Part shown: positions 24,940 through 38,737 of the stretch, one piece after another
How the letters are laid out: each line of letters starts with the position of its first letter
How positions within the stretch are numbered: the first letter of the stretch is position 1
NCBI GenBank assembly: GCA_905331295.1
Contig: CAJNYD010000249.1
Location: 1 to 44,851 of the forward strand
Direction: 5' to 3'
From: Rotaria socialis
Lineage: Eukaryota
Length of the DNA: 44,851 bases
Notes under the pieces: model-generated
Seen by the model: only the letters and a program-made list of their open reading frames with translations
Told to the model about the DNA's origin: nothing
The model's database searches: none
Made by a program: the position numbers and the translations under genes

Positions 24940-27246
24940 CTAAAAAGAAATTAGGTTGACAGATTCCTTTGAATAGCTACTTTTTTCTGAACCCTCTTTA
25001 TGGATGTTTTACTGTGGATCTGGAACCTTTTCTTACAAAATGAAGTCTTACTTGTTCGTTTCTGAAAGTCTATGACATAAAATATCTGCAGGCACTAATA
25101 CATGCTAATCAAATTATATGTCGCACGTTCTTGTACAAAATTGTCCCCGATCAGAGATTGGGCACGTACAAAGAGGAATTCATTTTGATTAAAAGTTGTG
25201 CCTGAAACTTTTAATTAAGTAAAGTTGGCTCACGTTCACGTGTACTCAGTAGCAGTAGTAAGTACATTTGTACGTAGATAAGCGTCTGAATCTGGATGTG
25301 GCCGGCATATGAATATTGATGAACTAGATGAGTCATATAAGTATTTTTTCTCTCACTCATACGTCACGTCTGCAGATACAGGGAGTATGTCTGAGGATGC
25401 TAGCAGTATTCCTGGGATTGCTACTCACATTCCTCTAGTATTTCTGAATATGCTATTCGCGTTCTTGAGGATACTACTGGTATTCATAAGGATGCTACTT
25501 GGGCGTCTGAGTATGCATCTGGCATCCTAGAGTTGCAAAAAATCGTAAAATTCTCTAGAAAGTTGATTCGCGGAACAGTTCATGATTAGGAGAGCTGAAA
25601 TTGTCACCTAGGAAGTACAGATAAAAATAAAAAATTCAAGAAAACATTTCATCAAATAATATTTACTTGAATAGTCATAGTGGGAAAAGAGAAATAAACA
25701 AATAGCAACGATATTCGCGTACATTGGTGCTAAGTATCAGTACTGAAGTAAATAAAAATTTGAATTTCTCTTCATGGATTCCACTATTAAACGAGCAGTG
25801 CTAGTCCGCAGGATTCGCAAGACCCTAGTCTGAATTCACTATCGTATTCATTTTTTACCGCTACCTCTTTTCTACTTTGAGAATTGTTTCTAAAGTCACG
25901 CAGATACAAATCAGAGAGCGAATCGAACCGACTTTGTCTGGTTCGAGTTCGGTTCGGTTCATTTTCTAGCTCTCATTTTAGGTGTTATACAAAACCAGGA
26001 ATCGCAGTAAATTCCTCTTTATCATGTAGTTTTGGGATAAGAAAGCCCTACTCATTGCCTTTCAGCATGCTGATTAAACATGTTTGACATGACTTGGAGC
26101 AACTTTATTATTTTTAATAATAATTGAACGGAATTCGAAATATGATCTTATAATGAAACTGTGAAAGAGATTGTGCTGATGAAATTTCAATGTAGAAATG
26201 ACAAATCTAGTAGTCAATTGACGACATATTAAAATGAATCGCAGAATTGAACAACTTATTAGCATATTAATATATGATAACTACGGGATATGATTAAAGA
26301 GAAAATAGCAACAGGTTAACTACTTCACGAATGATAGTGTGTTGTTAATTAGATCAGCATGTGTTTGTTCTTTGAAGAAAATAATAACGAAGAAAAAATA
26401 TGAATTAGAGAATTAAACCGCTTATAAATGATTGATCCTTATGAACAGAATTAGTGTCATTGTGTTACGAGAAGACAGCTTTACACGGATATAAAACTAG
26501 GCGTGTGAAAAAATGATCCCACGCCGTTTTATCATTGTGCGCAGCAACACAATTAAAAAAACGATCGTTTAATCAATCACTTCTACGTTTGTATAAAGTC
26601 ACTAGTTTTTCTAAAATTAGTTCTCGTTCGATTCATTTCGACATTAATTATCAAGAAATGATTCGGATTCGGTTCGGATCGATTCTAACCGAACCGAACC
26701 GTTTCAGTTCGGTTCGTTTTCTCTCTCCGATACAAATATTTGTTTATAATATTGTTAATGACTTCTATATTGTAGAGCATCTCAATTATTCTAGTTTCGG
26801 TCGACATTTCCTGAAATGAACTTTAGCATGCAGCTCCTATTAGGGGTCACGATCGAATTAAACCTACATTTCAGTCTCTTAAAGAGTGTCTGACCTGCCT
26901 TCGACGAAAATTTTCACTTTCATCAAAAATAATCTTTATTTCGAGATCCTACAATTTCACCTTGAATCTCACCATGTCGCTAAAGGTACAGTCTAGGACA
27001 AAAGTGTAAGTGAAATTGATTTTTGAATATTTTTTTTTCAAATATTTTTTTCTGTAGTTTTCTTTCATATTATTAGGTGTAGGTTTGATTCAAATGGTTA
27101 TACAGATAGTATGAGGGCTTAGCTACATCATGTATTAAAGAACAACATTCTATCTCTTGATACATCTAAACAATTTAGTAAATTTAAATTTAAAATTTAA
27201 ATGTAATTTAACTTAAAATTTTCATAAGTTAAATTTTATTTAAATT

Positions 27247-27544
27247 AAAGGAGGGAGGCGAATAAGGCCACTTTCTCGCCCCCAATATTTTTGCATAAAA
27301 GTCGTATATTCGGAATCAGCATAAAATTCTGAATCGAATGGTGTAGTTTTCACAAGAATTTGTCGAAAAAACTTTTCAACATTCTTGAGGGGTCGTAGAG
27401 GCAAAAAATGCCAACAAAAAGAAGTCATTTTCCAGAAAATAAAAATACCTCATCTTGATCAGAATTTTATGCTGATTCCGAATATACGACTTTTATGCAA
27501 AAATATTGGGGGCGAGAAAATGGCCTTATTCGCCTCCCTCCTTT
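27247..27544. mobile_element. Palindromic MITE with ~85-bp TIRs
   Basis: aaaggagggaggcgaataaggcc... / ...ggccttattcgcctccctccttt. Confidence 0.8.
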
Positions 27545-27769
27545 CCGTATCAGAAAAATTTAAATTTATGTTAAATTCAAATTAGATTTCCTCCAATTTA
27601 AATTTTAATTAAATAAACTGTAAATTGACACCCCTATTAGGCAGCATATGCAAGTTCTATATTTCAGTCCCATAGACCTGTACTAACATGATTTATTACT
27701 GACTTAAGTAGTACGTATTCAGTTTTACTAGACATAAAAACTTTGTAAACAGCATTTTTCTAAACATAC

Positions 27770-28319
27770 CTCTTTGCATTTTTGTTTTCTTTCTTGAACT
27801 TAGCACGTGAAGCTTCGCTAACTCTTGTGTTATTGATCGCTTTACGACATCTCTCGACGAATATATGAAAAGGATAAGCTTCGTTAGCTGTCTTCAAGAG
27901 CTTCTCGTTCGCTAGTGGATAGTGGATGAGAATGATATAATGTGGAGAGGAGAAACGAAGCTCGTTTACATGGCTAATGAAGTCGATGTCTCCAGTTAAA
28001 AGCACTATTGTAGCTGGGCTCTCTTGTTTTTCTTTGAATTGTTGCAGATCCTTCTTAATGCGTTCGTCTGCTTCTCCCCTCTTTATATTTAGTATATCTA
28101 TAATATTCACATTGGCAAGTTGAAGGTCTATTTGATGCTGTCGTGATAGACAGCTGGTGTTGCAGTAAGCTCTGAAGTCACTCCCCACTAGCTTTCGGTC
28201 TTCAATTAGCCGTTTCCGTAACTCCATGACAATATCAAAGGCCGTTTCTCCAGCAGGAATGGCCACAGTCTCGATATCCCAATATACACTTACTGGCCCG
28301 GTGGGTTGATCGACAGGTC
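27770..28319 (-). CDS. NYN (PIN-like) ribonuclease domain exon, MARF1/limkain-b1 type
   Basis: VYWDIE, KRGEAD and IVLLTGDIDF with acidic residues retained; acceptor ttctcttacag| and donor AG|gtatgt. Confidence 0.85.
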
Positions 28320-29240
28320 CTGTAAGAGAAGGCACAAATTAGTCGATCCAAGTGTTGACGGAGATCGACTATGAATCCTACAAAAGTATTTAATGCGATT
28401 CGAACTTATTTCAGGGTTTTTGAGTCAGTCGGTTCACGAATCGAACGATTTTCTCAAAAACAGAATTGATGATTTTCAGCGAAAGGTTTTTGTGATATAA
28501 TTTGCTATGGCCTTAGGTTATTTAACCTCTGACGAAATACCTCCTATCGTGTATTTATTTAATTGTAAACGGTCCTGGGACAAATGACTCTGCAATTCTT
28601 GAAAATTAGTCAAATCTGTGTAGTGAAACTTTCTAATCAAATGATTCTTTAGATTATCCGTAAGAATATCTAAAAAGATCCTAACATGGGCGATTCTGAT
28701 AAGATTCTAAAAACAATTAAACATATATCAATATCTTTCTGCTCCCTAAATGCAAACTGATTCGAAGCGGAAACACCTCCATGGATAACGCAGTGGTACC
28801 AAGCCTGAAACTTGAATTCACTTGAATTTACAATTTTCAAGCTAAAAACATGGAAGAACTCACATATCGCCAGCAATATGTTGTGAGTTATTCCAAAGCA
28901 GTAACATCGAGCAAGATGTAACACGTGTTTCTTATAGCGGTATCTATGTCGAGAGAGGTTTCGTGTATATTTCTGTGGTTGAAACACTACAACTCCAACT
29001 TTCAATATTCACTTGAATTCAAGTTTCAAGTTTTACATATTAGAACTTCTTTTAAAAGTTTCATTCGCTCGTCCATATGCAAGAAGAGGTTCGACTCAAG
29101 AACGAAGTATTTTCTCGTTTTTTGGCCACTTTACTTTTTGCAGCCATCTTTCTTAGAAAAAGGAGCATTCACTGCACACGCTAAATTGAAACTCATTAGG
29201 AAATGGTGAGGATACTTTTCTATACGCTCTCTGCCATCAC

Positions 29241-29500
29241 TAGGGGTATGACAGTTCAGTTTTAGTTCTATTCAAAAGAACTGTTCAGACAGTACACAGG
29301 ATCTGATCTGAACTGTTTGAACAGATCAGATCAGATCAGATCAAAAGAACTGTTCGAGCTGATCAGATCAGATCTAAGAACTGTTAGGATCTACACTGGG
29401 ATGATGTCTGTATCGGTATAGGCATCTCTTATGGGATCTGTTCGAACAGTTCTTTCGCTCATTTGATCTGAACTTAGATCTGAGAACTGCCATACCCCTA
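29241..29500. mobile_element. hAT-like MITE
   Basis: TIR taggggtatgacagttc / gaactgccataccccta; degenerate 8-bp TSD gccatcac / ttcatcac; internal gatca and gaactgtt repeats. Confidence 0.75.
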
Positions 29501-30341
29501 TTCATCACGATCAGCAAAACTTATCAAAGCTCTTAAAAATAAAAGAACTTCGCTACTTTTCTAGGTAAAAATATGACTTACAGTTGGTAATTTGTTTTTG
29601 AACTCTTTCAATCTCATGGAACTCACTAGGTATGCATGAATTTTCCCTCAAATATGCGTCGCAGTTCGCGATATACTGCGTCTACACGAACTTTCAATGA
29701 TTTCTCTAGCGTATAGTCGTCTGGCTTTGTGTCCCTCACAGCATGATAAGTGCATAAATACTAAAGTAATTAGTTATGAAATGCTAGTAGGACTAAACCA
29801 CATGTGCTTTTATGAATTTGTTGGAAGCTATCAAGTTGAGTTACATTGTTGCACACAAATGATTTATTCATAGAAGTTCGTATTATGAAATTTCTTTTTC
29901 CAAAAGTTGTTTTTTGGAATAGAAACCAATTTTTCACAAAAAAATTATTTTTTTAATGAAAAAATTAGTTTACAGTGGAAAAATTATTTTATTACTAATA
30001 AAACAACTTTCAGCGAAAACATAATTCTCCTGGCTAAAAATAATTCCGTGAAAAAATGCACTGCATCAACAAGTGAAATACTTAAGTGATGACGACGGAA
30101 CAACTGCTCTCTCAGGCTCCTATGAGCTCTCTTGAAACTGACATGAGTGGCATAAGGTAGATCCTAGACCTATGGAATTTTCACTATAGGGTTACAAATA
30201 ATACATATTTCTAAAATCTCATAATAATTTGCGGGATGTCAATCAAATTAGTTCCAAACAATCATTGTACATGAGACTTCCGACTTTCATGCAAGCCCGA
30301 GCACTATGAATAATATATATGTTTCTGTTACAAATACTCAC

Positions 30342-32126
30342 TAGAGTCTGGCAGTGTTGGCTCTGCTGGTAGCGGCCCAGGTTCCAATCCTGGTGTTACA
30401 TGAGTAGTTTTCATTTCCCACGTCTTCACTGAAAGGCGAGCATTACTTAACGCTGGCGTACATTTTTCTAAGACATACACGATAATTATATTATGTTCAT
30501 GAACTCAGATTAATTCGGGCTTACCATTATACTTCGTAATTGCTTCCATGGCTGCTTCCTCTTTTTCGTATGTAATTGTTGCCGTACCAGTCAACTGATT
30601 ATTATTGAATTTTGCTTTAAATAAAACTATATCTGGTTCCCCTGTTCGATTTTTCACCTAAAAAAGAAATAATATAAGCTAATGCTAATTTTACACAACT
30701 TCCTTTTTTCCTTACTTGTATTCGGCCAACTGTAGAAAATACACGGGAAACTTGACGCAGCAGTTGCTCCTCGGACATATTACGGGGCAAGCCACAGATG
30801 AATATTTTATTTGTTATGTTTTTTTTTGTATCGCCGACATGACCAATGCCAGATGCCTGTGGCTCGAGTTCTTTGCCTGCAGAAGTCGGATGGAGTAATG
30901 CATTTTATCAAAGCTCCGAAATGAGTGATTTTGTTACGTCTTTCATTGGGCATGCAACAAACTCGAAAGTTGAAGATGTGGGGTGTGAGCATATAAAAGA
31001 ATACACCCACATCCACACCTTTTAAAGATTGATCGGACCGAAAAAGTTCGCTATGAAAAATATGAAACCATTCAGGTTCGAGATGAATCCTTGGTTGCTT
31101 GACGCGAAACATTAACGTTTTCGTCTCGAATCTGGATGGTCTTGTATTTTCCACACCCAACGTTTTCGGTACGATCAATCTTGAAAAGGTTTCGTGGCAA
31201 ATGTTCCGAAAATGTGTCCAGAAAAAGAGCCATTTTCGGTTCCGTAACTGCTACGGAACTTTTTATGAGTCGATCATATAATCATTTTTTTAGAGTGTAA
31301 GACTTTCAAAATGTTAATAAAAGAAAGTTCCTACAGCTATGACAACCATTTTGAACGTCTCTTCGGTTCGTATGAAACATTAAAAATAGTTTCTATTTTG
31401 TTACAACAAAGTTTGTGCGGAAAACAAACTGTCAGAGCATGGTTGTATTTATGGTTGTGATTCCGATTTGAATGCAACCGTTTGTGTGAATGAATGCATA
31501 AGTCAGTTCGCACAAACGCTGTTGTCTGGATAGGTGTGGATGCGAGGCAATCAACAATGGCTGCTGATACAGAAATAACTGCACGCGTATTCATAATCAG
31601 AATGGTTGGGACCATGATTTTTTTATTTAGAAGTAACTACGAGCCTTTTGAACAATAAATGTTTCCTTCATAGGGGTACTTACTGTTTGGTTCCTGGCAT
31701 TTCGTTTCTGCCAACTTTACATGAATTTCAGCATTATTCAAGTTCGCCACACATTGTCCTGAAATGTACAGATGAAATCTGGTGTGCTATTGATCGTCCA
31801 AGTTTATTAGAATTTACCATTGTAATTTTCGAATGCTTTCTCAGCAATTTCCTTCTTTTCAAATGTAACCGTTGCTTCACCAGTGAGTTGAGTGGTATCA
31901 TCTTTGCTTCGAAATAGATAGATGCATGGTTTCTCTGTTAATGTGTCACTCTAGCAAGGAAATAAGAGAACTTTTCAGTCTTTTAAGAAAATTTTCTTTT
32001 TTCCTACTTTAATTGAACCAACAGTGGAAAACATATCTCGTAGGGTATCGAATAATCGTTGCTTCTCCATATCAGACGGTAAGCCACTGATAAATATCTC
32101 ATTTTCATTTAACATTGGTGGATTAG
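30342..32126 (-). CDS. Two tandem FET-family (FUS/EWS/TAF15-like) RRM domains in six exons (32126-32008, 31950-31818, 31758-31684, 30876-30716, 30657-30525, 30467-30342)
   Basis: NEIFISGLP..FSTVGSIK|SDTLTEKPCIYLF..LTGEATVTFE..A and NKIFICGLP..FSTVGRIQ|VKNRTGEPDIVLF..LTGTATITYE..A. Identical intron positions and 133-nt middle exons; all junctions in frame. Confidence 0.85.
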
Positions 32127-32344
32127 CTAAAATTTCAAAATCCACTAATTTAGGAACAATCCTTTTCTCAGGCGTGTCACAAAGTTTCTTTAACTTTGGG
32201 AAGCCGGAAGAGAAACAATATGATATCAATCTCTATGATATAGCACATTGTGTAGCTTTCGTTGCAACACGAAATGTAACTTTTGATTACAAAAATCATA
32301 TCCAAATCCGTCCATGTAGACTAGAGAAATCCACATGAACTCTA

Positions 32345-33360
32345 TTAAGCCACCCCCGTCTAATAAAATTAACTTTTGGCGAACTTGTCAATTTTGTGAT
32401 TTTTAGATAGTTAAATAGAACTGAGTGTTTACTCTCGATTGCACGATAAGTTTTTGGTTGTATGATAAAATTTAAGGAAACTACATAGGTTTTTCAGAAA
32501 CCACATAAAGAAAAAAAGAAAGTTTGTTTCTAAAAAAATTAATTTGGAAACTTTTCCTTTGACCTTTTATAATGATCGGACTTAATATCGTATAGAGCCA
32601 AGTGTAACAGGTGAATAAAACACTTTAGAAAGTCCAGAATTGAATGAAACTACTATACATGGATCGATGTTTAAACATAAATTTTGTTTCATAAAATTAT
32701 CAACCATGATGGTTATAACGCATCTTGAAGTGTTTAAGATAATATGAACATATTACTTCTATGTGATACATATCAATTTAGATGATATTATAAATACTGT
32801 TCAAACAGATGATTTTTATTGATATTTTCATAGACGTAATAGATTCACGAAACAACGAAACAAACTCTATTGTAAATCTTTATATGCTTTCATCTGATGT
32901 ATCCTAATCGTTGATATGTTGGAAATTATCTCTGTAATCTTTTTAGTTCAATTTAAAAAGCAAAAACTCTTTATTTTGTGTTTTTCTCAAAAGAGGACTT
33001 TTGATTTTTATGTTTTGTGCGTCCCAGATTTCTCAGTCATTTCAAACGTTAGAAAGTTCAGGTTGGTTTTAAAATTCAAAGTACGAGGCGATTGAAAAAT
33101 AGGACCCTGTTACGTTGTACAGCTACCTCTTGGCTACATTTAAAAACTAATATAAACTTCCTAAAATTAGAAATGGCTGAGAAATCTGGGACGTATGGAA
33201 ACCTTGATTTTCACCGATAATTGTAAGCTAACTCTTGTACACTCAATGCATCGACCTGTAATTTTTACTGCAATATACCACACTGGAAATACATCTTTCC
33301 TGAAAATTTCAACGAAATCAGATGCTTAGGGGTCAATTTTCTTTTAGATGGGGACCTTAA
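32345..33360. mobile_element. Probable non-autonomous TIR element with TTAA flanks
   Basis: ttaagccacccccgtctaataaaatt / aattttcttttagatggggaccttaa imperfect termini. Confidence 0.45.
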
Positions 33361-33575
33361 GTAGAGGTGACACTCACTTTCGTTTTATTTTCTGGAAGGA
33401 AAGTTGAGATTTTTCATATTGTTAGAAATGCACATGATATGTATTATCGAGAATAGGCACAATAAAGCAATCGTTTTAATATGAGAAACGTTAATTGATC
33501 TTTCTTGAAGGTGTGGGTGTGAGTTGTGTATTAAGGAATCTTATCCATATTTGCACCTGCGCCTAATCCACACCC

Positions 33576-36510
33576 AAATTCCGTCCCTCGACAAATTGTG
33601 TTTAGTGTTTTGATTTATTCGTTTTATATATTTTATGAACATACTTTTAGAAATCAACATAAAAAATTGAGTATCCGACACTAATTTTTAACTCATTCAA
33701 ATATAATGTTATTCATTTTCTCCTGTATTTTCAAACGACTCCTGCTTATATGTCGCTAGTATACCGTATTTATGTAACTAGTTTTTTATCACAAGATAAA
33801 ATGGCAAGTCCTATATTCCATTCGAAGCAGCTTTGAAAGAGCTACAAATCTATGCTTTAACATTTTTTTATACGTTTCTTAAGCTGAGAAACAAACATTT
33901 TTTTGTATTACTCATTATCGAGAAAGATTTTTGTTTTTTCTTATACATCAAATGAATCGTTCAAATCTCGTTCATAAACGCACTTATCGTTGTTTCTTTT
34001 GTTCTTTTAATGCAATCTACAATTTATCTGCCTTATCTTAACCTTTTGAAACCCTTTTCATTTAATATGTTTTATTCGTAAGTTGCGCTTTCAGTAAAGC
34101 AAATTACAAGTTAATTGTTCCAGCCTATTTAGTTTTATTGTGCTGTATTGGGTCCATTCATTCAGCGTGTTTCTGATGCCGAAAAGAAGCAAACATTCGG
34201 CCAGGTTGACCAAGACTGCAAAGTTCCATTGGTCTATGAAAAATATTGCCATATCTCATCATAACAAGGATGAAGTTTTAAAATGAATTCAAAGGAAAAT
34301 ATTGGAGATATTTTCGAACTGTGCGTTAGTAAGTGCAATTTTAAAACATTAAGTACATTGGTTTACATGATTTTTAAATATTTTGATTTCATTTGGCGTG
34401 ATATTGATAAATTTATGTCTAACATGGGTGCTATGCGATGTATTACTGCTAATAAATGGGCCGAGATCTTTATCAATGGTGATTTTGATATGCTCATGAA
34501 AGACGAATGTGGAGGGAAGCGAAGCGATGCATTTTTCGATACGTATCCAGAAATCGAAATCAATGCAAAATTGTTCGTAGTTGATGGTGGCGCTCAAAGG
34601 TAAGGAAATTCTAACGCAATTGATCTTGCTCATTACGTTGATGCATCATACTATGAATTAACCAACGCAAAGAAGTGTCGAAATCAATTAATTAGATCAG
34701 AAAAAAATGTGCCGTTTGAATATGAGACGATGGGAGTATAGGTTTAATTTGAATACAAAAGGCCCTATGATAGAGGACGTGATCGACCTGATGTATTGGC
34801 TTATCGTGACCAATTTTTCAAACATTTTTATCCAAAAAGCAATAATACTATTTGGTCGGTTCCGATGATCCTTCCAATTGCTATATTCAAACTCAAAACC
34901 CAAAGTTGTTGATATGTATATGAAAAGGCTTACCTTGATCCTATTGCAACTGTTTTCTTTCCTGTTTCTGTGAAGGTCATGATGAAACAACATTTTGATC
35001 TGGTAAGGTGTCGGCTAAAATATGGATATCAGATGAAATTAAGTCTTTTTTCTCTAAAGGACGCGATTCTTCTTTTATGGTTTCAGACTTCATCGTATGC
35101 CATCCTTCTGGACGATTGTTTTGCTTAAATGGTGAAGAATGGTAAAAAAAGTGACTACCAAATAACCAGATTTGTTACAAAACGATTGCATTAATTATAT
35201 GGATCGAACAGCAACAGCAGCAATCAATGTTGGTAGGAATTCCAAATTTTGATAATGAAACAATATTATGTCAATTTCAGCGTTTATTCGAAATGTTGCA
35301 GTTTAAAACGGAATATCAAGGTCATTACGGCGATATTTTAGTGGATAATGAGAGAACGCATATCACGTGCAACTACACTATAAATAATTTTCGAAAAAAT
35401 GTAGGTAGTAGATATCCTGTGGAAGTTATTGAAGATTACGGTGATAATAAAGTGAAGCAGACAATTGACTAGTATTTTTGATCAGATGTAAATAGGAATA
35501 AAAGCAAAGGACTATTATTATTAGCAAAAGAATTGCGTGTTGCAATACTAAAGAAATGTCTGTTATCACAACTTCGTGAATTGCTTACTCCACACCCAAC
35601 ATTTAAACTAGTAAGTGACCTATTATTAATTGAGCAATCAAGAAAATACTTCATCGAAATTAAACTGTACAAGAAACTTTTTCGTCGTTTTTGGTATGCT
35701 TGTGAAGCATACCGGCAAGGAAAGTCATACGTTGATGCATTAAAGCTATTCTTTAGTAGCTCTTGCATAGAACAAATTATGCCACATACAAGAATTTCGA
35801 ATACCAATATTCACACTCATACAAATTAAGTAGTTATCTGATGTTGTTCTTTTTTTTTGTTTCCTTATTCAACATCGAAATTTCAATAAATGAAAAAACG
35901 TTTCATGAACACAGAGCAACACCTCTAAGTACGCTACTCAACTATAGATGCAATCACTCCCAATTATTATAGGTTCTTTACAAATGAATCCTGAAATCGC
36001 AACTTACGAATGAAATTTATCAAAATGAAAAGGTTTCCAGAAGGTTAAGATAAGGCAGATAAATTGTAGATTGCATTAAAAGAACAAAAAAAAACAACGA
36101 TATGTGCGTTTATGGGCGAGATTTAAACGAATAATTTAATGTAAAAGAAAAAATAAATTCTCTCTATAATGAGTAATACAAAAAAAAGTTTTTTTTTCTC
36201 AGCTTAAGTAAAGTATAAAATAACGTTAATGCCTACGTTTGTAGCTCTTTCAAAGCTGCTTCGAATGGAATATAGGACTTGCCATTTTATCTTGTGATAA
36301 AAAACTAGTTCCATAAATACGGTATACTAGCGACATCTAAGCATTGTCGTTTGAAAGACAGGAGAAAATGAAAAAAATTATATTTGAATGAGTTAAAAAT
36401 TAGTGTCGGATACTCAATTTTTATGCTGATTTCGAAAGTCGTGTTCATAAAATCTATAGAACGAATAAAACAAAACACTAAACACAATTCGTCGAGGGAT
36501 GGAATTTTCG
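33576..36510 (+). mobile_element. Degenerate DDE DNA transposon (probably IS630-Tc1-mariner group) with ~520-bp TIRs
   Basis: 33576-34098 is the reverse complement of ~35991-36507. Internal broken transposase (GGKR.DAFFD.YPEIE, HDETTF, FSKGR.SSFMVSDF, FDNETIL.QFQRLF, LVDNERTH) with frameshifts and stops; right end followed by TA. Confidence 0.75.
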
Positions 36511-36993
36511 TACAGCTACAAATTATGAAAGTTTTCGTCTTTTTTTTTAATATATTTTCTTACACAGTTTGATGAGCTCTATCGAAACATATATAAATCA
36601 TTCGGAAAAAATCTGCTCTAATTTTGAATTTCTGGCACCTTATAATTTAATTTTTTCATAATTGAAGAACTTCACAATCACTGGAGAAGTTCTACAACGG
36701 TATGGAAACAGATATGTTCCCATATGTGCTCGCTCGCCTTATTCGGTGTCGATGGTAACTCGCATAAAATAAAGAGAATTCTGCACAACTGGATGGTGTT
36801 ATTCTCAATTGCCGTACACAATGAGACCGAACGAATATTTAGATAGTCCTTTCATTCAGACTGATTAAGAGAGCTGCTTGAAAGAAGAGACGGTTAAATT
36901 CTACTTCTACGAAAGACATATTGTTCATCGTTCTCTCAGAGAACACCAGTGACATTGCTTGTTCTATTAGTTTTCATCGAATACGAAGCTTAC

Positions 36994-37700
36994 CGTGGCT
37001 TATCGCTTTTGTTACTATTGGGATCATATCAATATTTGGATCCGATGAAAATAAACGACATAGAGCTTTGGCACAATCAGGTTCAATTTTCTTCAAATAA
37101 AAACATTCATAGATATTTGAAAACAAATGTTAGTTGATGTAATGCGCTGACCTGACCATCATGGAATAAATTCAATAAATGCTCCGCTTTAAAAAATGGT
37201 AATGTTTGACTACGAAAGAAAATAATTATTTAAATTTAATGCACCATGAATGAAAAGATTTTTATCATTGAGAGCACAATTATTACATACCGTGTGACCC
37301 AATCGATATTAAAAACATCTGAAACATCTTTTTTGCCATCTTGCAAAATCCAAGGAATGACTTCATTGGGATTTTGAGATTGAGAAGACAGACGAGCGAT
37401 TCCTTGAAATCGTCCACTTTTATGAACAGAAATATATAAAATTACATTTCGGTGATCCTAGATAAAATAAAGATAAATATTTCATTATTGTTTTCTTGAA
37501 AGGATTATTGACTTTGAAAGCTCGATTTAATTTGTGTTTAGTGACTTCCGATGTTGCCCATACACCCTTTAAATATTTAAATAATTTTAACTACATAATA
37601 AACATAAAGCATACATTGATTTTAGCCAATTCTACATTTTTTTCATCAGGAGTTCTCAGTACAAAATAAGCAGCATCGTAGAATATATGTTGAAGTAAAT
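36994..37700 (-). CDS. YTHDC1-like YTH (m6A-reader fold) domain in five exons (37700-37615, 37566-37513, 37457-37291, 37209-37152, 37090-36994)
   Basis: Spliced product FYDAAYFVLRTPDEKNVELAKIN|GVWATSEVTKHKLNRAFK|DHRNVILYISVHKSGRFQGIARLSS..IPWIL..VFNIDWVTR|QTLPFFKAEHLLNLFHDGQ|KIEPDCAKALCRLF aligns by eye with the YTHDC1 YTH. Absent from the ORF track. Confidence 0.88.
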
Positions 37701-38345
37701 CTGTTAGTATTCAAATAAAAATAGTTCGAAAAACCTGTGACAAACGGAAATGATTGAAAGTGATGTAGAACATAAATATAACTCGTTTCATTTGAGTTTC
37801 TGTTTGGTATTTTTGATTGATAGTAACTGTTTATTATCCTTTTCTTTTGAGTACATTATCCGATTCATCTCAAAGAAGTAATTCTGAAATCTCAGAAAGT
37901 GACTGGGTGTTCTTGCCAATCGTTTTTTTTAGATAAATCTCGACATATCATATATATATATATATATTCTAGTGAGCTATGAATATACTAAAAAGAGTTC
38001 ATGAGTTGCTCTCAACGCTACAGAGATAGATTTTTACAGTATTATATTGATGAATAATGTCGAGTTCTTTCTGAAATATGGATAGTCAAATTATGATGTA
38101 ATGCTTTCAGAGAGACTGTTTTACTATGAGTAACTTATGCTTAAAGTTTGATATCCTTTTGTTGTGCATAGATTAGGGATTCATTATAAGAGTGGGTCCT
38201 CCTCATCAACATACTCGACATCTTTAACTCCACGTTGTAACCAGTCGATTCCAACAAAACTGATATCATCATGTCCGAAACTTATGCAAACTTTCAAAGT
38301 CAAATTCGAAAATGAATTTCCATCAAAGGTATGAATCCTACTTTA

Positions 38346-38737
38346 GTGGGAAAGGAACAATATCGGAAGGTAAAAATATCGAAAGTAAAAACGTCGGAGA
38401 TAAAAGCCAAGCATCGCAATGAGAATCCTATAGTCCGTGTCCGTGGAGTCTATGCAGTTTCGCCAATTGTATATTTGTTGTTGGCGAACTTCCTCATGAA
38501 ATTCGTCAATTGGCGAATTACTAGTGTGACATTCGACAATAAATAATATATTTTCGTATTCCTTGGTTCACCCATTGGCGAAAACTACAATTGGCAAAAC
38601 GATGAATTGGCGGTAAGATATTACCCCGTGTCAGTGTGAGGGGACTTCCACTTTCATTCACTGCCATTTTCAGTGTTTCTTTTATTCGATATTTTTATCT
38701 TCGATATTTTTACTCTTCGACGTTCTGCTTTTAACCA
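38346..38737. mobile_element. Probable small non-autonomous element(s) with subterminal repeats
   Basis: aaaaatatcgaaag repeats at the left mirror ttcgatattttt repeats at the right; internal ttggcga repeats. Confidence 0.4.

Noticed and set aside
25309..25530. ORF over a degenerate ~21-bp repeat
   Set aside because: Low-complexity decayed repeat with stops in the minus-strand frames; no supportable product.
28700..29760. Exon-like segments between RRM2 and NYN
   Set aside because: Coding-like, but interrupted by stops and a hAT MITE; I could not build a consistent frame or recognise a domain.
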